Of a stretch of DNA of 64,000 bases, positions 50,715 to 63,599 are shown piece by piece. The DNA is taken from positions 42,904,001-42,968,000 of the forward strand of contig NC_043010.1 of NCBI RefSeq assembly GCF_006345805.1, in the 5' to 3' direction. Under the pieces are notes generated by a model that had not been told where the DNA came from, searched no databases, and was given only the letters and a program-made list of their open reading frames with translations. The DNA is from Octopus sinensis. Its lineage: Eukaryota. Made by a program: the position numbers and the translations under genes. The first letter of the stretch is position 1; every line of letters starts with the position of its first letter.

Positions 50715-53700
50715 TCATCTGTATCTACAGGGAATAATTATTCGTCGTCCACTTTTTGTGGTTTTATTATTTTGTAGTGTTGAATTCTGTAGTTGTGCTG
50801 TTTTTGTTTTTTCATGCGTGTTTGTTGATTTTGGAAATATATTTTCATAATCTAATTCTTCTGTTATGCGAACGTGTTCGTTTGTTTTAAGAATATGTTG
50901 TCTATTTCGTTTGACTGTATTCCCTTCCTCTGTTATTACTAAGTATGAACGAGGTTGCTCTAGTTTTTTAATTATTTTGCCCCTTCTAAACCAATTGTTG
51001 TTAAACTTAATTCTAACCGTGTCGTGTGGTTTTAACTCTGGGAATTCTGTTGTAATGTTTGATTTCTTCTTTTCGTGAGGCCTGATACCAATTTTGTCGT
51101 GTAGTATGTTTGGGAGATTTGTTCGCAATGTTCTATTCATTATTTGATTTGCAGGGGATGGTGCACCATTTTGTAATTTAGTCGTGCGTAATGCTAAGAG
51201 CGCTAACTGAGGTTCTTCGTCACTTTTGAATGCCTTTTTTAGCGTCTTTTTTATTGTCTGTATATTTCTCTCAACCATGCCATTCGCTTGATGATAATGC
51301 GGGCTTGTCTTCGTGTGATGAAAATGCCAATTTTTTGCATATTTTTATGAATTCAGCCGAATTGAATTCTGGACCGTTGTCACTTACAACTGTTTGCGGA
51401 ATTCCGAATTTAGCAAAAGTTTCTTTTAATTTTTTGATTACGGTTTTTGACTGGCAATCATTTATTTCGTGTAGATCAAAAAATCTTGTTGTATAATCAA
51501 TAATTGTGACATACGAATTTCCAGACAGGTGAAATACGTCTGTACCCACTTTGGTCCATGGTGTAGTAGGTATTTCATGATTTATTAGTGGTTCGGCTGC
51601 TTGTTGATTTTTGTAGTCAATGCAGTATGAGCATGTGTTAATCATGTCTTTGATTTGAGCGTTAATGCCGGGCCAGTATATACATTCCTTCGCTCTCTCT
51701 ATGCATTTTTCGATACCCATGTGTCCGGTATGTATTTCCTGTAGAGCTTCTCTACGTAATGACTTAGGTACAATTATTCTTGAACCTTTTAGAACAAGAC
51801 CATTGACGATTGATATTTCATCACGAACGGAGACGAATGGTTTGATGTTTATTGGTATTTTGTCTTTTGGGGGCCATTCTGTTCTTGTATATGTGACGAG
51901 TGTCTGTAGAGACGGGTCGTCTGCAGTGGCTTCTTTATACTCTTTTAATTTAGTGTCGGTTATGGGGTAATTTTTTATTACTGCATGAATGTGCGATTTC
52001 ATATCTTCGTCTGATACTTCTGAGTATTTTGCTCAAGGTATGCACGTGATAGGGTATCTGCAACAATTGATTCTTTACCAGGTATGTGGTTGGTCAAAAT
52101 CATATCTTTGTAATGTTATTAGAAATCTTTGGATTCTGGGGGGGCATTTAGTGATCGATATTTTGAATATTTGCTTCAACGGTTTATGGTCATTTTCGAT
52201 TCTGAAATGAGTTCCGTATATAAACTGATGAAATTTCTTGCATGCGAAAACTATACTGAGAGCTTCGCTCTCTATCGGACAGTAGTTTTGTTCCGCTTGA
52301 GTTGTTGCACGAGATGCAAACGAAACAGGTAGCCATCTTTCGTTGTGTTTCTGCTCAAGTATCGCTCCGAGCCCATGCTTACTAGCATCTGTAGTTATTT
52401 TTATTGGTAGATCTGGATCATAAAATTGTAGCACTGGTTTTCTAGTAATCATTTCTTTTAGCTTTTTTTTGCTTCGATTTGTGGTTTGTCGAATGACCAT
52501 AACGTGTCACTCTGTAGAAGCTGGCGCAATGGTGCTGTGACTTCGGAGTAATTAGATAAAAATTTACATAGGTAATTTGTCATACCTAGGAATCTTTGTA
52601 ATTCTTTTTTACTTGTTGGCAGTGGCATGTGAATGATTGCTTGTACCTTGGTTGGATCTTGTTTTATCCTTCGCTGGTTAATATATGCCCAAGGTACTTG
52701 ATTTGGATTCATAGAAGATACACTTTGATTTATTTAACTTTAATCCGTGCTTTCGGATTCGATCGAAAACTTGTTGTAGTCTATTTGTGTGTTCTTCTAA
52801 AGTGTTGGAACAGATTATGATGTCATCCTGTGAATTTCTTGCTCCTTCTATGCCCTCTATTATTTTTGAAATTTCTTTTTGGAAAACTTCACTGGCGCTG
52901 TGAATTCCAAAGGGTAGTCGTGTGAAGCGATACCTTCCAAAGGTGTGTTGAACGTTAAAAGATGGGAGCTTTCTTCGTCAACTGGAATTTGCCAGTATCC
53001 ATTAGATGCATCGAGTTTTGAAAAATATTTAGGGTTATGCATTTGTGCAAAAATGTCCTCCGCTGTAGGGAGTTTGAAATGTTGCCTTTTTATGGCTTTG
53101 TTTGGATTCTTGGGGTCTAAACAGAGTCGGAGTTTTCCGTTGGCTTTTTCAACGATGACTAGGGAATTTACCCAGTCTGTAGGTTCACTAACAGGTTTTA
53201 TGATATCTAATTCTGTCATTCTTTTTAATTCTTTGTTGAGTTTTTCTTTTATAGAAAAAGGAACCGATCTTGGTGGATGAATTACAGGAGTTATTTGTGG
53301 ATCCACTGTGATATGATGTGTTATTGACAAAGTGCCGATTTCTCCGAAACAGTCTTCATATTTTTCTAATATGTCGTTTGTGTTCGACGAATTTATTTTT
53401 GAAATTCTCTGAATCAGGTTCAGATCTTTAGCTGTCTTTGCATCTATAACTGCGTGCGAGTTTGTTTTTGCAACAATGAATTTTATTTGCTTTGATAATT
53501 CTTTGTATTTAATGACTGCTGTGCATTTTCCTAGCACTTTTATAGCTGTGTTATTATAAGCTGATAATCGAGTTGAAGTTTTTTGCAGTTGTGGTTTTGG
53601 AATTATATTTCTATATTCTCTGAATGGCAGTACGGTTACGTCTGCTCCTGTATCTATTTTGAATGTTACATTCGAGTTGTTCACTTTTAGTTCGACCGTC

Positions 53701-54653
53701 CAAATGTCTTTTGGAGTCTTGAACTTTTCGATTTTGTGCACGCGGGAATTATTTGCAGTGATCATTTCGAGTGCATGTGTATCGTCATCTGATTCATCGT
53801 CGGTATGTATCTCTACTTTATGTACAAATTTTCTTGATTTGCACATTTTTGCATAGTGTCCTTTTTTCTTGCATTTTTCACATGTCTTGTGAAATGCTGG
53901 GCATTTATTTCTTTTGTGATTATAACCACAATAGTGACAGTTAGTGACGTAGTGTTGATTTGGCGCTTGAAACTTCGCGGGCTTTCTGTCACTTCCGCCT
54001 TGTTCGTTTTGATGTCTGGATTGCATATGGCGGGTTATTTGAGTTTTGGCGCCTTTTCTGTCGTGTTGACTATATACCCTCGAGATTTCGTTATCTCGTG
54101 TTTCGGATGTGGCATTTAGCATCCTTGATTGGAGTCGTGTTTGCTCTGCACTCTGACCTGCTTGAATTGTTTTTTGTAGGTCTAAATTTGGTTCTCTCAA
54201 TAATCTTTCTCTTAATCTCATGTCTCTGATTCCACATATCAGAATATCTTTGGTGAGACTGTCTGTGAGGTTGCCGAATTCGCACTGTTGTGCCTTTTGG
54301 CGCAACTCTACTACGTACTCATCGAATTTTTGATGTTCCGCTTGTCCACATGTGAAGAATTTGTGTCTTAGGAAAGTTATGTTTTTCCTGGGTTCACAAT
54401 ATGCATCGAATTTTTCGATTACTGTCTGAAGGTTCATTTCTTCGTCGGGTGAATCGAAATCCAGTGTGGAATGGATATCTCGGCCTTTAGAACCGATGCA
54501 AGTTAAAAACCTTGACGTTTTTACTTTGTCTGGCTTCATGTCACTTTCTGTTGCTATCAAAAAGAGATTGAATTCTTTTTTCCACTTTTTCCATGCTGCG
54601 GCTAGATTTTCCTGATTAAAGTCTAGGTCTTTTGGATGCGGTAAATTTTCCAT
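50715..54653 (-). CDS. Gag-Pol polyprotein (~1314 aa after correcting 7 small indels)
   Basis: Zn knuckle CEKCKKKGHYAKMC, protease FKIDTGAD, RT SQDD, RNase H TDAS..DHKPL, integrase H-H-C-C and D-D(35)E. Confidence 0.9.
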
Positions 54654-54720
54654 TTCGTCTTTGAAGTATGATTTCAACTTCTTTTTTCCTTTGGTTTCTG
54701 TATTTTGGGTTCTTTTAGTA

Positions 54721-54731
54721 TTCTGACACCA
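54721..54731 (-). promoter_or_regulatory. primer-binding site TGGTGTCAGAA (tRNA-Leu-like)
   Basis: Directly follows the 5' LTR; tRNA identity is from recall of tRNA-Leu 3' ends. Confidence 0.8.
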
Positions 54732-55829
54732 TGTTGTTGTTATATATATATATAGTATTGAGTATTAAAGGAAGTAGTGAGTATTTAGTATGAAAGATTA
54801 AGAAAATGAGAGAGACTGAAACAACGTGTTAACGATACAAGATACTTTATTCGACTGCTGTTGTTGTACAAGTTAATTGTTTTGGCGGGAAACAAAGTGA
54901 AAGTCCTTTTATCAAGGGAGACAATGGGCGACGTTGATTGTTCATGTTTGTTGTGATGATTATATAACACACGGTAATTGAAATACTGTATCAAGAAGTT
55001 GCTGCGATGATGCGGAGCCGGAGTTGCAGATCATGCCGTGCGAAGTTGTGGCTGTAATGCTGCTGCCTGGGTCACTTGGTACAGGAGTTTTTGCCGGTTG
55101 CATATTCTGTGTTAATCCATGGTGAAGTAATTCACAAAGAGTGCAGTATAGAAACCTGAGCGTGTTGCTGGTTACTGTGTATGTAGAGAGATGATGTTGA
55201 GGACGTTAAGATGGCGACGTTAAGAAGATGAAGATGGCGACGTTAAGAAGATGGCGACGAAGAAAGAGATTGCCGTAATGCTGTTGGACAGGTGTTGTTG
55301 TCTGGCTTGTAGGTTGTATATTTTCTGTTCATTCATGGTGAAGTAATTCACAAACAGTGCTGTGATGAAACCTGGGCGTGTTGCTGTTGGATGAATGTTG
55401 TCGTCTGGCGTTGTCGCTGGAACTGGCTGTTTTATGTGGTCAGTAGCTAGACCTTAAAAGGTCTGGAACCAAAGACCTCGAGACGAGAAGAAGGTAAGTT
55501 TTTATAAGGAACACTAGGCTCAAACTGGGCTGAGAACAGGCTGTCTCACGTGATCTTATTTAGGGGTTCTAATTGGTTATACGTTGCATATCGGAGCGAC
55601 AGAGCAAGCGGTGAATTGCGCCAATACTAACCAATCAGTGTAGTGAACACAACGGGGTCCAAATAACAGCCAAAGGCTAGCTGTTATCTGCTATGTTCGA
55701 ATGTACGTATATATAATAAAGGGGAGAGAAGAATTTCACCCGAATGTACGCTACAATGGTATTACGTATATATTTAACAAATCAAATATATGCTGTTAAA
55801 AATGTTACCTTCCCCTTTCCTTGCAGATC

Positions 55830-57310
55830 TCCACATCATTTGAAGCAAGGCTGTAACTTTTGTTACATTTGTGGCGAGTTTATGACTAGAAGACATCAGA
55901 GAAACATCACCAAACTTGTCAAAAAATATTACTATGTCTAATTTGATGTGAAATTAGGAGACCAAGATAAGAAGTGGATTCCTCAGGCATGTTCAATATT
56001 TGAAGTACAAAGACAATGGACAAAATGTACAAAAAAGTCTTTTCGTTTTAGGGTCCCAATGATGTGGAGGGATCCTACAAATCACAGTGATGACTGCTAC
56101 TTTTTCTTATGTAAGGTGCAGGGACACAATTAGAATATTGAAAAAAAATTGTTTATCTAAATGTCCCACCTGCATTGCGACCTGTTTCCCATGGACCAGA
56201 CGTTCCACTTCAATCACTAACAGGAAACCTTGGAAACATACACTTGAGTTCTGGGTCAGGAGACAGAAAGAGCGATAATGATGAAGACTTCAACAGCGGT
56301 GAAGGTGAAGAACCTCTACAATTCAATATTAGTGTGAATTAAAAGATCTAGTGAGAGACTTAGGGCTCGCAAAAGAGTCAACACAGCTTTTAGGTTCCAG
56401 ACTAAAATCGAAAAATCTTTTAGCTCGTCGCGCATCATCCTATTGATATCGTAAACCGCAAAAAAGAATTTGTTCCTTATTTTGCTCAAGAAAATGATTT
56501 GGATTGCTTGTTGATCCATCAAGATTATTAGGAAAGTAAGGCATAAGTTACAACCTTTATAAATGGAGGCTCTGTATTGGCTCTTCAAAGAAACGTCTAA
56601 AAGCTGTTCTACTGTATAACGGTTATGAATATGTTTCTATCCCTGTTGGACACTCAGTGATCACGAAGGAAAAGTATGAAAATTTAGTGTCATTCTTACA
56701 CAAGATTAAATTCAAAGGTCACAACTGGATGATTCGCGGCGACTTGGAAATAATTTGAATGTTGGCTGGACAACAATCAAGCTATACGAAACTACCTTGT
56801 TTCTTCTGTTAAAGGGGCAGTAGAGCCAGGAACCCCATTGATCTAAAAAATAAAAAAAAAAGTAGGGTTACGCTTACACCAGGAACAAAGAATATCTTTT
56901 GAGAAAGTTTAGTTGATCTGAAAAGGGCTCTTTTGCCGCCTTGACCTATAAAACTTGACCTCGTGAAGCAATTCGTAAAAGCTTAGCCACAAGGAGAGGG
57001 CTTCAAATATTTGCATAGTAAGTTTCCTGCTCAATCAGATACCAAGGTTGAAGAAGGTGTATTTGTAGAACCAGATATAAGGAAACTTGTCAAGGATGAA
57101 AATTTGAAAATTCAGTGATTTTGAAAAAGATGCATGGATTAGTTTTAAAGATGTGATAAAGAACTTCTTTGGTAATCACAAAGAACCAAACTACAAAGAC
57201 AGTGGGAAGAATTCTGGAAAGGTTCGAGGCCTTAGGATGTAAAATGAGCATTAATGTTCATTTCCTACATGAACATGTGGATTTCTTTCCTGAAAATCTG
57301 GGGGCTGTGC
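55830..57310 (+). pseudogene. degenerate DNA transposase, Chapaev3-like (CMC group)
   Basis: CNFCYICGEF, KLGDQDKKW, PMMWRDPTNHSDDCYF, LKAVLLYNG..SIPVGHS, YTKLPCFFC, KQFVKA, NFFGNH, MSINVHFLHEHVDFFPENLGAV; superfamily name from memory. Confidence 0.75.
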
Positions 57311-57321
57311 TCATGAACGAC

Positions 57322-57598
57322 GGATTTTGATAGGTTGAGGCTTTCTGCCAATTCTCGGATCGTGCAATGTGGGTTATTCTCAATTAATGACTTGATTTGG
57401 TCATCATCTGTAGTGGATGGTCTGCCTGATTGCTCTTTATCAATAAGGCTACAATCTCCAGCTCGGAACCTTGCGAACCGCTTCCGTACAATTCTTTCGG
57501 ATAAAGAAACATCACCGTAAACTGCGCATATTTCTTTGGTTGTTTGTGAGGCATTTTTCCCTTTACGGAAAAAGAAAATGAACTTTCTTATCTTCCAT
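57322..57598 (-). mobile_element. mariner transposase N-terminal (HTH) fragment
   Basis: MEDKKVHF..RKGKNASQTTKEICAVYG..FARFRAGD..SGRPSTTDDDQIKSLIENNPH. Confidence 0.88.
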
Positions 57599-58237
57599 TT
57601 TAAATGGTTACAGAATTAACACAGGTTATATATAGGAACATAAACCTTCTTCCACGAAAAGATAGCTTAAACTGTGCTCTAAATGGAGGTGTAGTCAAAT
57701 CCTATTTTATGGACTCAACCATGTTCTAAAATAAGTGGAAAGGTAAGCTACTATAAATCGGCATGAACTTTCCGGACAACCCAGTAACTTCTGGAACCAT
57801 ACGAAATGCGTATGAACAACTCAGTAAGCATTTAGGAATTCAGTGCAGTGCTAGTGACGGTTGGTTGTGGAGTTTCGGTAACAAGCATGGACTGCGTGAT
57901 ACACAGGTGAGGGGTGAGACTGGTAGGGTAGATGCGGCAAGTGCTGAGGTTTGTCGAGTTAAGCTTAATGAGCTGATTAAGAAAGAAGGTCTTCTTATGT
58001 CCCAGGTGTACAACACCGATGAAACTGGCTTATTCTGGCGCTCTCAGCCTAATAATACTCAGGCACGTAAGGATGAAGAAGTAATAAGAGGAAAGAAAAC
58101 ATCAAAGGAAAGGATTTCGGCACTTTGTTGTGCTAACACTGACGGTATGCACCAATATAAGTTGTTGGTTGTTGGTAAATCATCTCGGCCCCGTGCATTG
58201 AAAGATCACATGCACACCTTGCCAGTTCTTTATTACC

Positions 58238-58674
58238 TATTTCTTTACTACCCACAGGGGGCTAAACATAGAGGGGACAAACAAGGACAGACAAACAGAT
58301 TAAGTCGATTACATCGACCCCAGTGCGGAACTGGTACTTAATTTATCGACCCCGAAAGGATGAAAGGCAAAGTCGACCTCGGCGGAATTTGATCTCAGAA
58401 CGTTGCGACAGACGAAATAGCTATTTCTTTATTACCCACAAGGGGCTAAACACAGAGGGGACAAACAAGGACAGACATAGGTATTAAGTCGATTACATCG
58501 ACCCCAGTGCGGAACTGGTACTTAATTTATCGACCCCGAAAGGATGAAAGGCAAAGTCAACCTCGGCGGAATTTGAACTCAGAACGTAACGACAGACGAA
58601 ATACCGCTAAGCATTTCATCCGGCGTGCTAACGTAACTGCCAGCTCGCCGCCTCCTTTATTACCACTCCAGCTC
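58238..58674 (-). mobile_element. SINE dimer with 17-bp TSD
   Basis: TSD GCCAGTTCTTTATTACC at 58221-58237 and 58675-58691. Confidence 0.92.
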
Positions 58675-58989
58675 GCCAGTTCTTTATTACCACACCAAGA
58701 AAGCTTGGTTTAATGCTTCCATTTTCTCTGACTGGTTATATAAGCATTTTGTACCAGAAGTGCGAAGGTACCAGGAGGACGTGTTGAAGTTTCGCCCTGA
58801 TGATGTAAAAACTCTTGGCTTTTAGATAATGTGCCTGCCCACCCCACTGCTGTCAAGCTTGTAAGCGCTAACAACAGAATTCATGTTATGTGTTTGCCTG
58901 CAAACACCGCATCACACATTCAGTCAATGGACCAAGGTGTCATCAGTGCCTGTAAAAGAAGATACCAACGACGCTATTTAAATGAGGTT

Positions 58990-59223
58990 TAAGGTGGCGA
59001 GCTGGCAGAAACGTTAGCGCGCCATGCGAAATGCTTAGCGGTATTTCGTCTGTCGCAACGTTCTGAGATCAAATTCCGCCGAGGTCGACTTTGCCTTTCA
59101 TCCTTTCGGGGTCGATAAATTATGTACCAGTTACCCACTGGGGTCGATGTAATCGACTTAATACCTATGTCTGTCCTTGTTTGTTCCCTCTATGTTTAAC
59201 CTCTTGTGGGTAATAAAGAAATA
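58990..59223 (+). mobile_element. young SINE with 17-bp TSD
   Basis: TSD GCTATTTAAATGAGGTT at 58973-58989 and 59224-59240. Confidence 0.94.
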
Positions 59224-60221
59224 GCTATTTAAATGAGGTTATGGTGGTTCTCGAGAATGGGCAGGATATAGAAAACGACACCAGAGGACTACATACACTT
59301 CAAAACATACGGAATTACACTATTAAATCTGCCATATTTAACTTTTCTAATTTGTGGAAAGATCTGAAAATATCTACCTTAGCAAATAGCTGGAAGAAAC
59401 GCCTAATTGATGCAGAACCTGATTACGACTTCGTGTGCTGCAGCGTGCAGGTGAGAAAGATATAGCCTTGGGGGATGTTCAAGATTGGCTGGATGAAAAT
59501 GAGAGTGATCTGGGATACCAGATACTTTCAGATGAAGAGATTGTTGCAGAGATGGTCGGCACCCAGGAGAGTATCAGCAGTGACGTGGAAGACGAGGTGC
59601 CGGTAACATTGCCAAAACTGTCGGAGGTGAGTAGCTGTATGGACACCGTGCTACAGTTTGTGGAACACATCAAGAATAGAGATATCAATGTTCATTATGG
59701 AAATTTCTGAATTCTTCGAGAAGCCATAATTAAAGAATCATTTCAAAGCGGCAAGTAGTTAAAATTAGACAGCTTTTTCAAACCAGTAAAGGCTCCGCGA
59801 TCACCTGATGCACCAGGGTTACCAGCCTGTCCGCCCTCACTCTCACCTAATGAACCACCGGCCTCTACCTCACATTGTTCAAGTACTACTGATACATCTG
59901 TACCACCAGTACAGCTTACAACCAGCGGTACATCATTGGAGCTGCAAAGCTCCAGTGATTCAGAATAAATTTCTAAGGCCCCACTATACGATCACGGCAT
60001 ATCAACAGCACCTCTTCATCATCCATGGTAAGTCTGATTTTAAAATTAAAATGTTGAATTTACTGTATTATAGTGTATATTTAAAGTGTACAGGTATTTT
60101 ACACTGTCAGATTGGACAGAGCGCTTGATTAAAAATACAGTACTGTATTTATTCCTCTGTCTTTCGTAATGTAATTGTTGATATTGGCCACTCCTAACGT
60201 AACCTAACCTTAGTGTTGGTA

Positions 60222-60287
<66 letters not shown>

Positions 60288-60699
60288 AAATGGGATAATA
60301 ACGCAAAACATTCAAATAGACGATATAAAAACACGTACGGGTCATTCGAAGCATCTAATCTTCAGTCAAGACCCGGATCATCCTCGCAATTTCGGCTGAT
60401 TAATCTTGAGATTGCTCTGATCTGGCCAGCCCCAAGGAAAAACTAAGCTGTGTGTGCGCATGTATTTGTGTGTCTGTGTTTGTCTGTCTACTATCGCTTC
60501 ACAACCGATGTTGGTATGTTTACCTCCCCGTAACTTAGTTCGGCAAAAGAGATCGATAGAATAAGTACTAGGCATACAAAGTATAAGTCCTGGGGTTGAT
60601 TCGTTTGACTAAAGGCGGTGATCCAGCATGGCTGCAGTCAAATGACCGAAACATGTAAAAGTGTAAAAGAGAAAATGTGAAACGTCCCTATGTTATGAG

Positions 60700-62915
60700 T
60701 AATAGCACCAGCAGAATCCAGCAACTCAGTCAAGAGCTTAAGAGCTCGAGACAGCAGTTCAATGGGACGAGGGAGGTAGTGGAAAATACTCCACAAAGAG
60801 CTTTTAACACTGAAGAGAGCTGAGCAATATAGGAGACAGTGGAAGGAGAGAAAGAGATATCCAGGAAGCGATCGACTTTCACCTCAGAGTCGCCTTCAGT
60901 GTTATTCCAGGGACCAAGTCCACCTACTCCAACTACAGAATTTAATATGAGGGAGCTTAGTTAGAATGAGATCCAGAATGTGGTCAAAAAGCCAAGAGTA
61001 GGTTTAGCTCCCGGGCCGAGTAGGATGCTTTACAAAGTGTATAACAATAGCCTAACGGTGCTTTGCAGGCTTTTGGGGGTGATTTGGAAAAAAGTAAGGT
61101 GGTTTGGCAGTGGAGGTGCGTAGAACGGATGAGGATTCCAAAAGAAGAAGAGTCAAAGTCCATCAGTCAGTTTAGAATAATCACTTCCTTTAGTTTTGAG
61201 ACGATAATCTTCAGTATTTTGCTGCCAGGTGCCTGATGAACTACCTCCTGAAGAATTCCTAAATCTATATTTCTGTTGAGAAAGAAGGAATTTCAATGGA
61301 TTCAAGGTGTCTAGAGCACTTAGGTGTGGTCAATCGGTTAATCAAATAATCCTGAGAGAACAAGGGAGACCTAGTAGTGCTGTGGCTATGTACCCATAGG
61401 TATTCTTGCGAATGTCTAGAGGTCCATACTCTATAAGCTGGTTTAAGAGGCTCTGAAAAGGTATCATGTCCCAGACAGGTTCAGCAATCTCATTCTGGAT
61501 TACAACGTTTTCAATCTGAGAATCTCTGCAGCTTCTACATCAGAGTGACACAAGCTCAAGAAGGTCATCATCACTGAATATATCATTTAGAGACTCTTTT
61601 CACGCTCGCAATGAACATATTGGTAAAGTTAGTGGAAGTGCAACGTCGAAAGCCACTCACCATGTTTGGTGTTCGCCCTATTAGAGTCTTTATGAATAAC
61701 CTAAGTGTGACAACATTAGTCGTTAAGAACAGGAGGATCCGAAAAGGCTTTAACAGTTTGATAACATGAGCTCAAATGAATTTCAAGCTAGCTGAGTTAA
61801 GATATCTTGTGCTGAAGAAAGGCAAGGTTAGAATCAGGTTCAGCATGTCAATAGCGCTCAGATACCATCCATCATTGAGAAACCAGTGAAGAGCCTGGGA
61901 AAGGTTTTTAACATTAACCTGAGAGAAATGTCTCTCTGTGAAACCAACAAGATACTGGAGACCTGGATGTCCGCAGTGGACAAGCCATGATATCCTAGCA
62001 AGTTTAAGTCTTAGATTTACCACATAGGATCTTCTCATGGATTCTTTGGCTGCTTTTGGTATACGAGTCTCGATGTCCCTGCAGAAATGGTTGGAGCTTC
62101 CTCGGCGCCTGAACTACGTCGTCCTGTATGGAAAAAAAAAAAACAAGTTGAAAGCAGCAAATTCATGGTGATCCATGCCGGAAGGTGTTATAATGCTAAA
62201 ACTCCTGCCACCCTAAAGTCTCTCTGACTGGTATTGAAATCAAAATAGGACGGAAGTGAAGAACAATGGAGACTGTCAAGGCTGCAGAGACGCAGTTAAG
62301 GCATGAAACACTTGTGGATGTTTTACTTCGTAGAAAGGCTGGCCTGAGGAGTTCTACAATACCCCACTACGACAAGATGCAAGAAAAGAATAGGAGACTA
62401 CTGATCCGGGATGAGGTGTGAGCTTCGATTGAAGAAGAATGAGCCAGCAAGTGTGCTGGGATGCGGCGCCAAGGAGCCTGGCTAAGATGGGACCAAGCAG
62501 TGGTACGCCAAGTCTCATGGCACGGCCTTCGGAAAACGGAGCTCTACCAGATAAAATTCCTAATAACCCATTTAATTTGTTCTGCCTGGAGTGACCTGAT
62601 AAGCCCCTGTGTCCGAGGAACAGACCCCTGGAGGACATTCTAATAGGCGTCCAAAAGTCCTGAAAGAGGGATGCTACCGCTGGAGATATTGCCAGGTTAT
62701 GACGATCAAAGCAAACACTATCCGAAGCGGGATTAGCGATAGCAGTCACCTCTGCCCTCCGAAGTTTAACATGGAGAAGACGCCAGCTACTAGGCCCGCC
62801 CACCTCGGGCCTACTAGTCATGGAAAAAACTGGGAGTTGAAAATCAACCAGAAGAAACAGCTGAAGTTTCCTGAAACTGTCGCTTCAACATTACACAGAC
62901 TAGATATGGTGCTGA
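60700..62915 (+). pseudogene. degenerate non-LTR retrotransposon ORF, HERO-like (R2 superfamily; RT, CCHC and restriction-like endonuclease region)
   Basis: IPKEEESKSISQFRII, CLEHLGVV, ENKGDLVVLWL, ALKRYHVP, PIRVFM, LVLKKGKV, EKPVKSLGKVF, QGAWLRW, YRWR..QV, KQLKFPETVAST. Confidence 0.82.
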
Positions 62916-63599
62916 TAAGAATGTGTAGTGGTGATTCGAAACCGAATCTCTTGATAAGCTGTCAGACATCACGAATAAGCCGCAATAGTTTCACGCGATC
63001 GCTCTATTAAGCAACCAATCAACATCCAACCACTGCGTGGTTCAATTTTCTTGAATTTTCTTTTTGTGCCCCATATAAAAGCCACTTTTTGGCGTCTAAA
63101 ATCTTAGCAGAGTGTTGAGACTGGCCTCCCATTCACACGTCTCACCTCATAACAGGCAGAGTATTGAAAGCTGGGTGAAATGCATCTCCAATCTTGTTTT
63201 GGATATTTGCACAGATATCTTCAGGTTCTCATAAGTAAATTCTTTGAAGGTAGCGCGGTTTTTCCATCTCTACCAGTAAGTAATTGTTGCTGTTATTATT
63301 TGTAAAAGACCAATACAGTTAAAACACTATGTCCAGTAATAAAATCTTCTGTTACTTGTCGTAAGTGTAGTTACTTTTTCACGCAGTCCCAAGATACATT
63401 TTTTTTACCAGCAACAACACAGCAGCTACAATGACTACTGTACGACCAAACAACAGCTCGAAAAATCTATAGATGAGTCGGTTGTTGTCGAACCACCTAA
63501 TGTGATTCACTCAGAAGGCTGTAATAACATTTGACAGGAAATCCGGTATAAAGAAATACATGGAACAAGATGGTAACTTTAAATGTCTTTAATGCCGGC

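Larger units (their letters stand above)
50439..54969 (-). mobile_element. very young full-length Ty3/Gypsy LTR retrotransposon (Mag-like)
   Basis: LTRs 50439-50674 and 54732-54969 (TG..CA; 1 substitution plus 1 TA unit); TSD CACGG (50434-50438, 54970-54974); gag-PR-RT-RH-IN order. Confidence 0.97.
50172..55755 (-). mobile_element. solo-LTR-like element, copy B (~1050 bp), interrupted by the young Gypsy
   Basis: TGTA...TACA termini; segments 50172-50438 and 54975-55755 are collinear with copy A. Confidence 0.65.
57700..59790 (+). pseudogene. pogo/Tigger-type DDD transposase interrupted by two SINE insertions
   Basis: ASDGWL, YNTDETGLFW, KAWF, LDNVPAHP..QSMDQGVI (34 residues between D2 and D3); the frame reassembles after removing the SINEs and TSDs. 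Confidence 0.92.

Noticed and set aside
48237-55755. Copies A and B as the paired LTRs of one element
   Set aside because: They are too diverged from each other, A has its own TSD, and the 1-kb interval has no PBS or coding relic
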